Part shown: positions 63,448-64,000 of the stretch, piece after piece
Layout of the letters: the number at the start of each line of letters is the position of its first letter
How positions within the stretch are numbered: position 1 is the first letter of the stretch
DNA from: Octopus sinensis
Lineage: Eukaryota
Direction: 5' to 3'
DNA: 64,000 nucleotides
NCBI RefSeq assembly: GCF_006345805.1
Contig: NC_043008.1
Location: forward strand, 34,720,001-34,784,000
The notes under the pieces: model-generated
Seen by the model: the letters and a program-made list of their open reading frames with translations, nothing else
What the model was told of the DNA's origin: nothing
The model's database searches: none
Program-made: the position numbers and the translations under genes

Positions 63448-64000
63448 CTCCTATGAAGAATGGAAATATTTTGGCAATGATTAAAAAGAAGTATAATTTG
63501 AACAAGCCAAAACCCACAGTGATATCATCTAATACTACAAACAAATCCGAGAAAAGTTCATCCAAAGGATCAGGCATCCATTCTCCATTAAAGAAACACA
63601 ACAGTTCAGTCCTTATCAAGAGTGCAAGCTCTACCATTTCTTCATGTAATACTCCAGAATCCTCATCAAGTTTTTCTAAAGATGTTAAAACAGTTGGTAA
63701 AAGTACAAGTCAATCATCCATGAATAACTTCTTGGGACAGCTTCATAAAGATAAACTGCAACGGAAGAACATGTCTCAGACTAATGGATATAGTTCATTT
63801 ACAGCAGCAAATAAAGATACTATGGAGAAGAAACGTCCAAGTGTAAGTGAAAGCCGAGCGAACTACAGTACCTCAGTTGTTAAAAAAGCAATGTCAAGCT
63901 CTTCTACTTCTACATATGATACCTCAGAATCCTTGCCAAGTTCCTCCAAAGATGCTAAAACTGTTGGCAGAGGTACAAGTCAGTCAGCCATGAATAACTT
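63448..64000 (+). CDS. SPRTN: SPRTN exon 6 (runs off the window): Ser/Thr/Lys-rich disordered region with an internal repeat
   Basis: Long polypyrimidine acceptor ...ttcaatacag|CT (phase 1, matching exon 5). The frame is open to the window end. Confidence 0.8.

Overview
AT-rich, microsatellite- and SINE-dense animal genomic DNA. The repeat landscape (tRNA-headed SINEs, (CAT)n/(AAT)n/(TA)n arrays) resembles octopus or another coleoid cephalopod; this is an inference. Two spliced plus-strand genes can be assembled by hand with phase-consistent GT-AG introns. (1) 14536-35970, 5 coding exons, 1341 aa. It encodes a divergent seven-transmembrane domain fused in frame to an intracellular protein-kinase-like domain. 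The kinase motifs are degenerate (HRD->HKH, DFG->DFE, no Gly-loop or APE), the C-lobe is split by a ~750-aa Ser/Asn-rich insert, and the protein ends in a class I PDZ-binding motif (ETTV*). This 7TM-pseudokinase is the main candidate for an undescribed system. (2) SPRTN/Spartan DNA-protein-crosslink protease, 48813 to beyond 64000, 6 exons visible. Its HEMIH zinc motif sits on a 42-nt micro-exon and its C-terminal region has an internal repeat with 90-aa spacing. The rest is transposon debris (Tc1, mariner, RTE, CR1, R4/Dong, CRE-like, Penelope GIY-YIG, Helitron, Merlin- and piggyBac-like MITEs). There are also two hammerhead-ribozyme-like motifs (one with a G3:C8 swap), a 211-bp near-perfect inverted repeat, local templated duplications and minisatellites. 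All calls were made by eye with no database searches; repeat boundaries are approximate and only representative SINE copies are listed.
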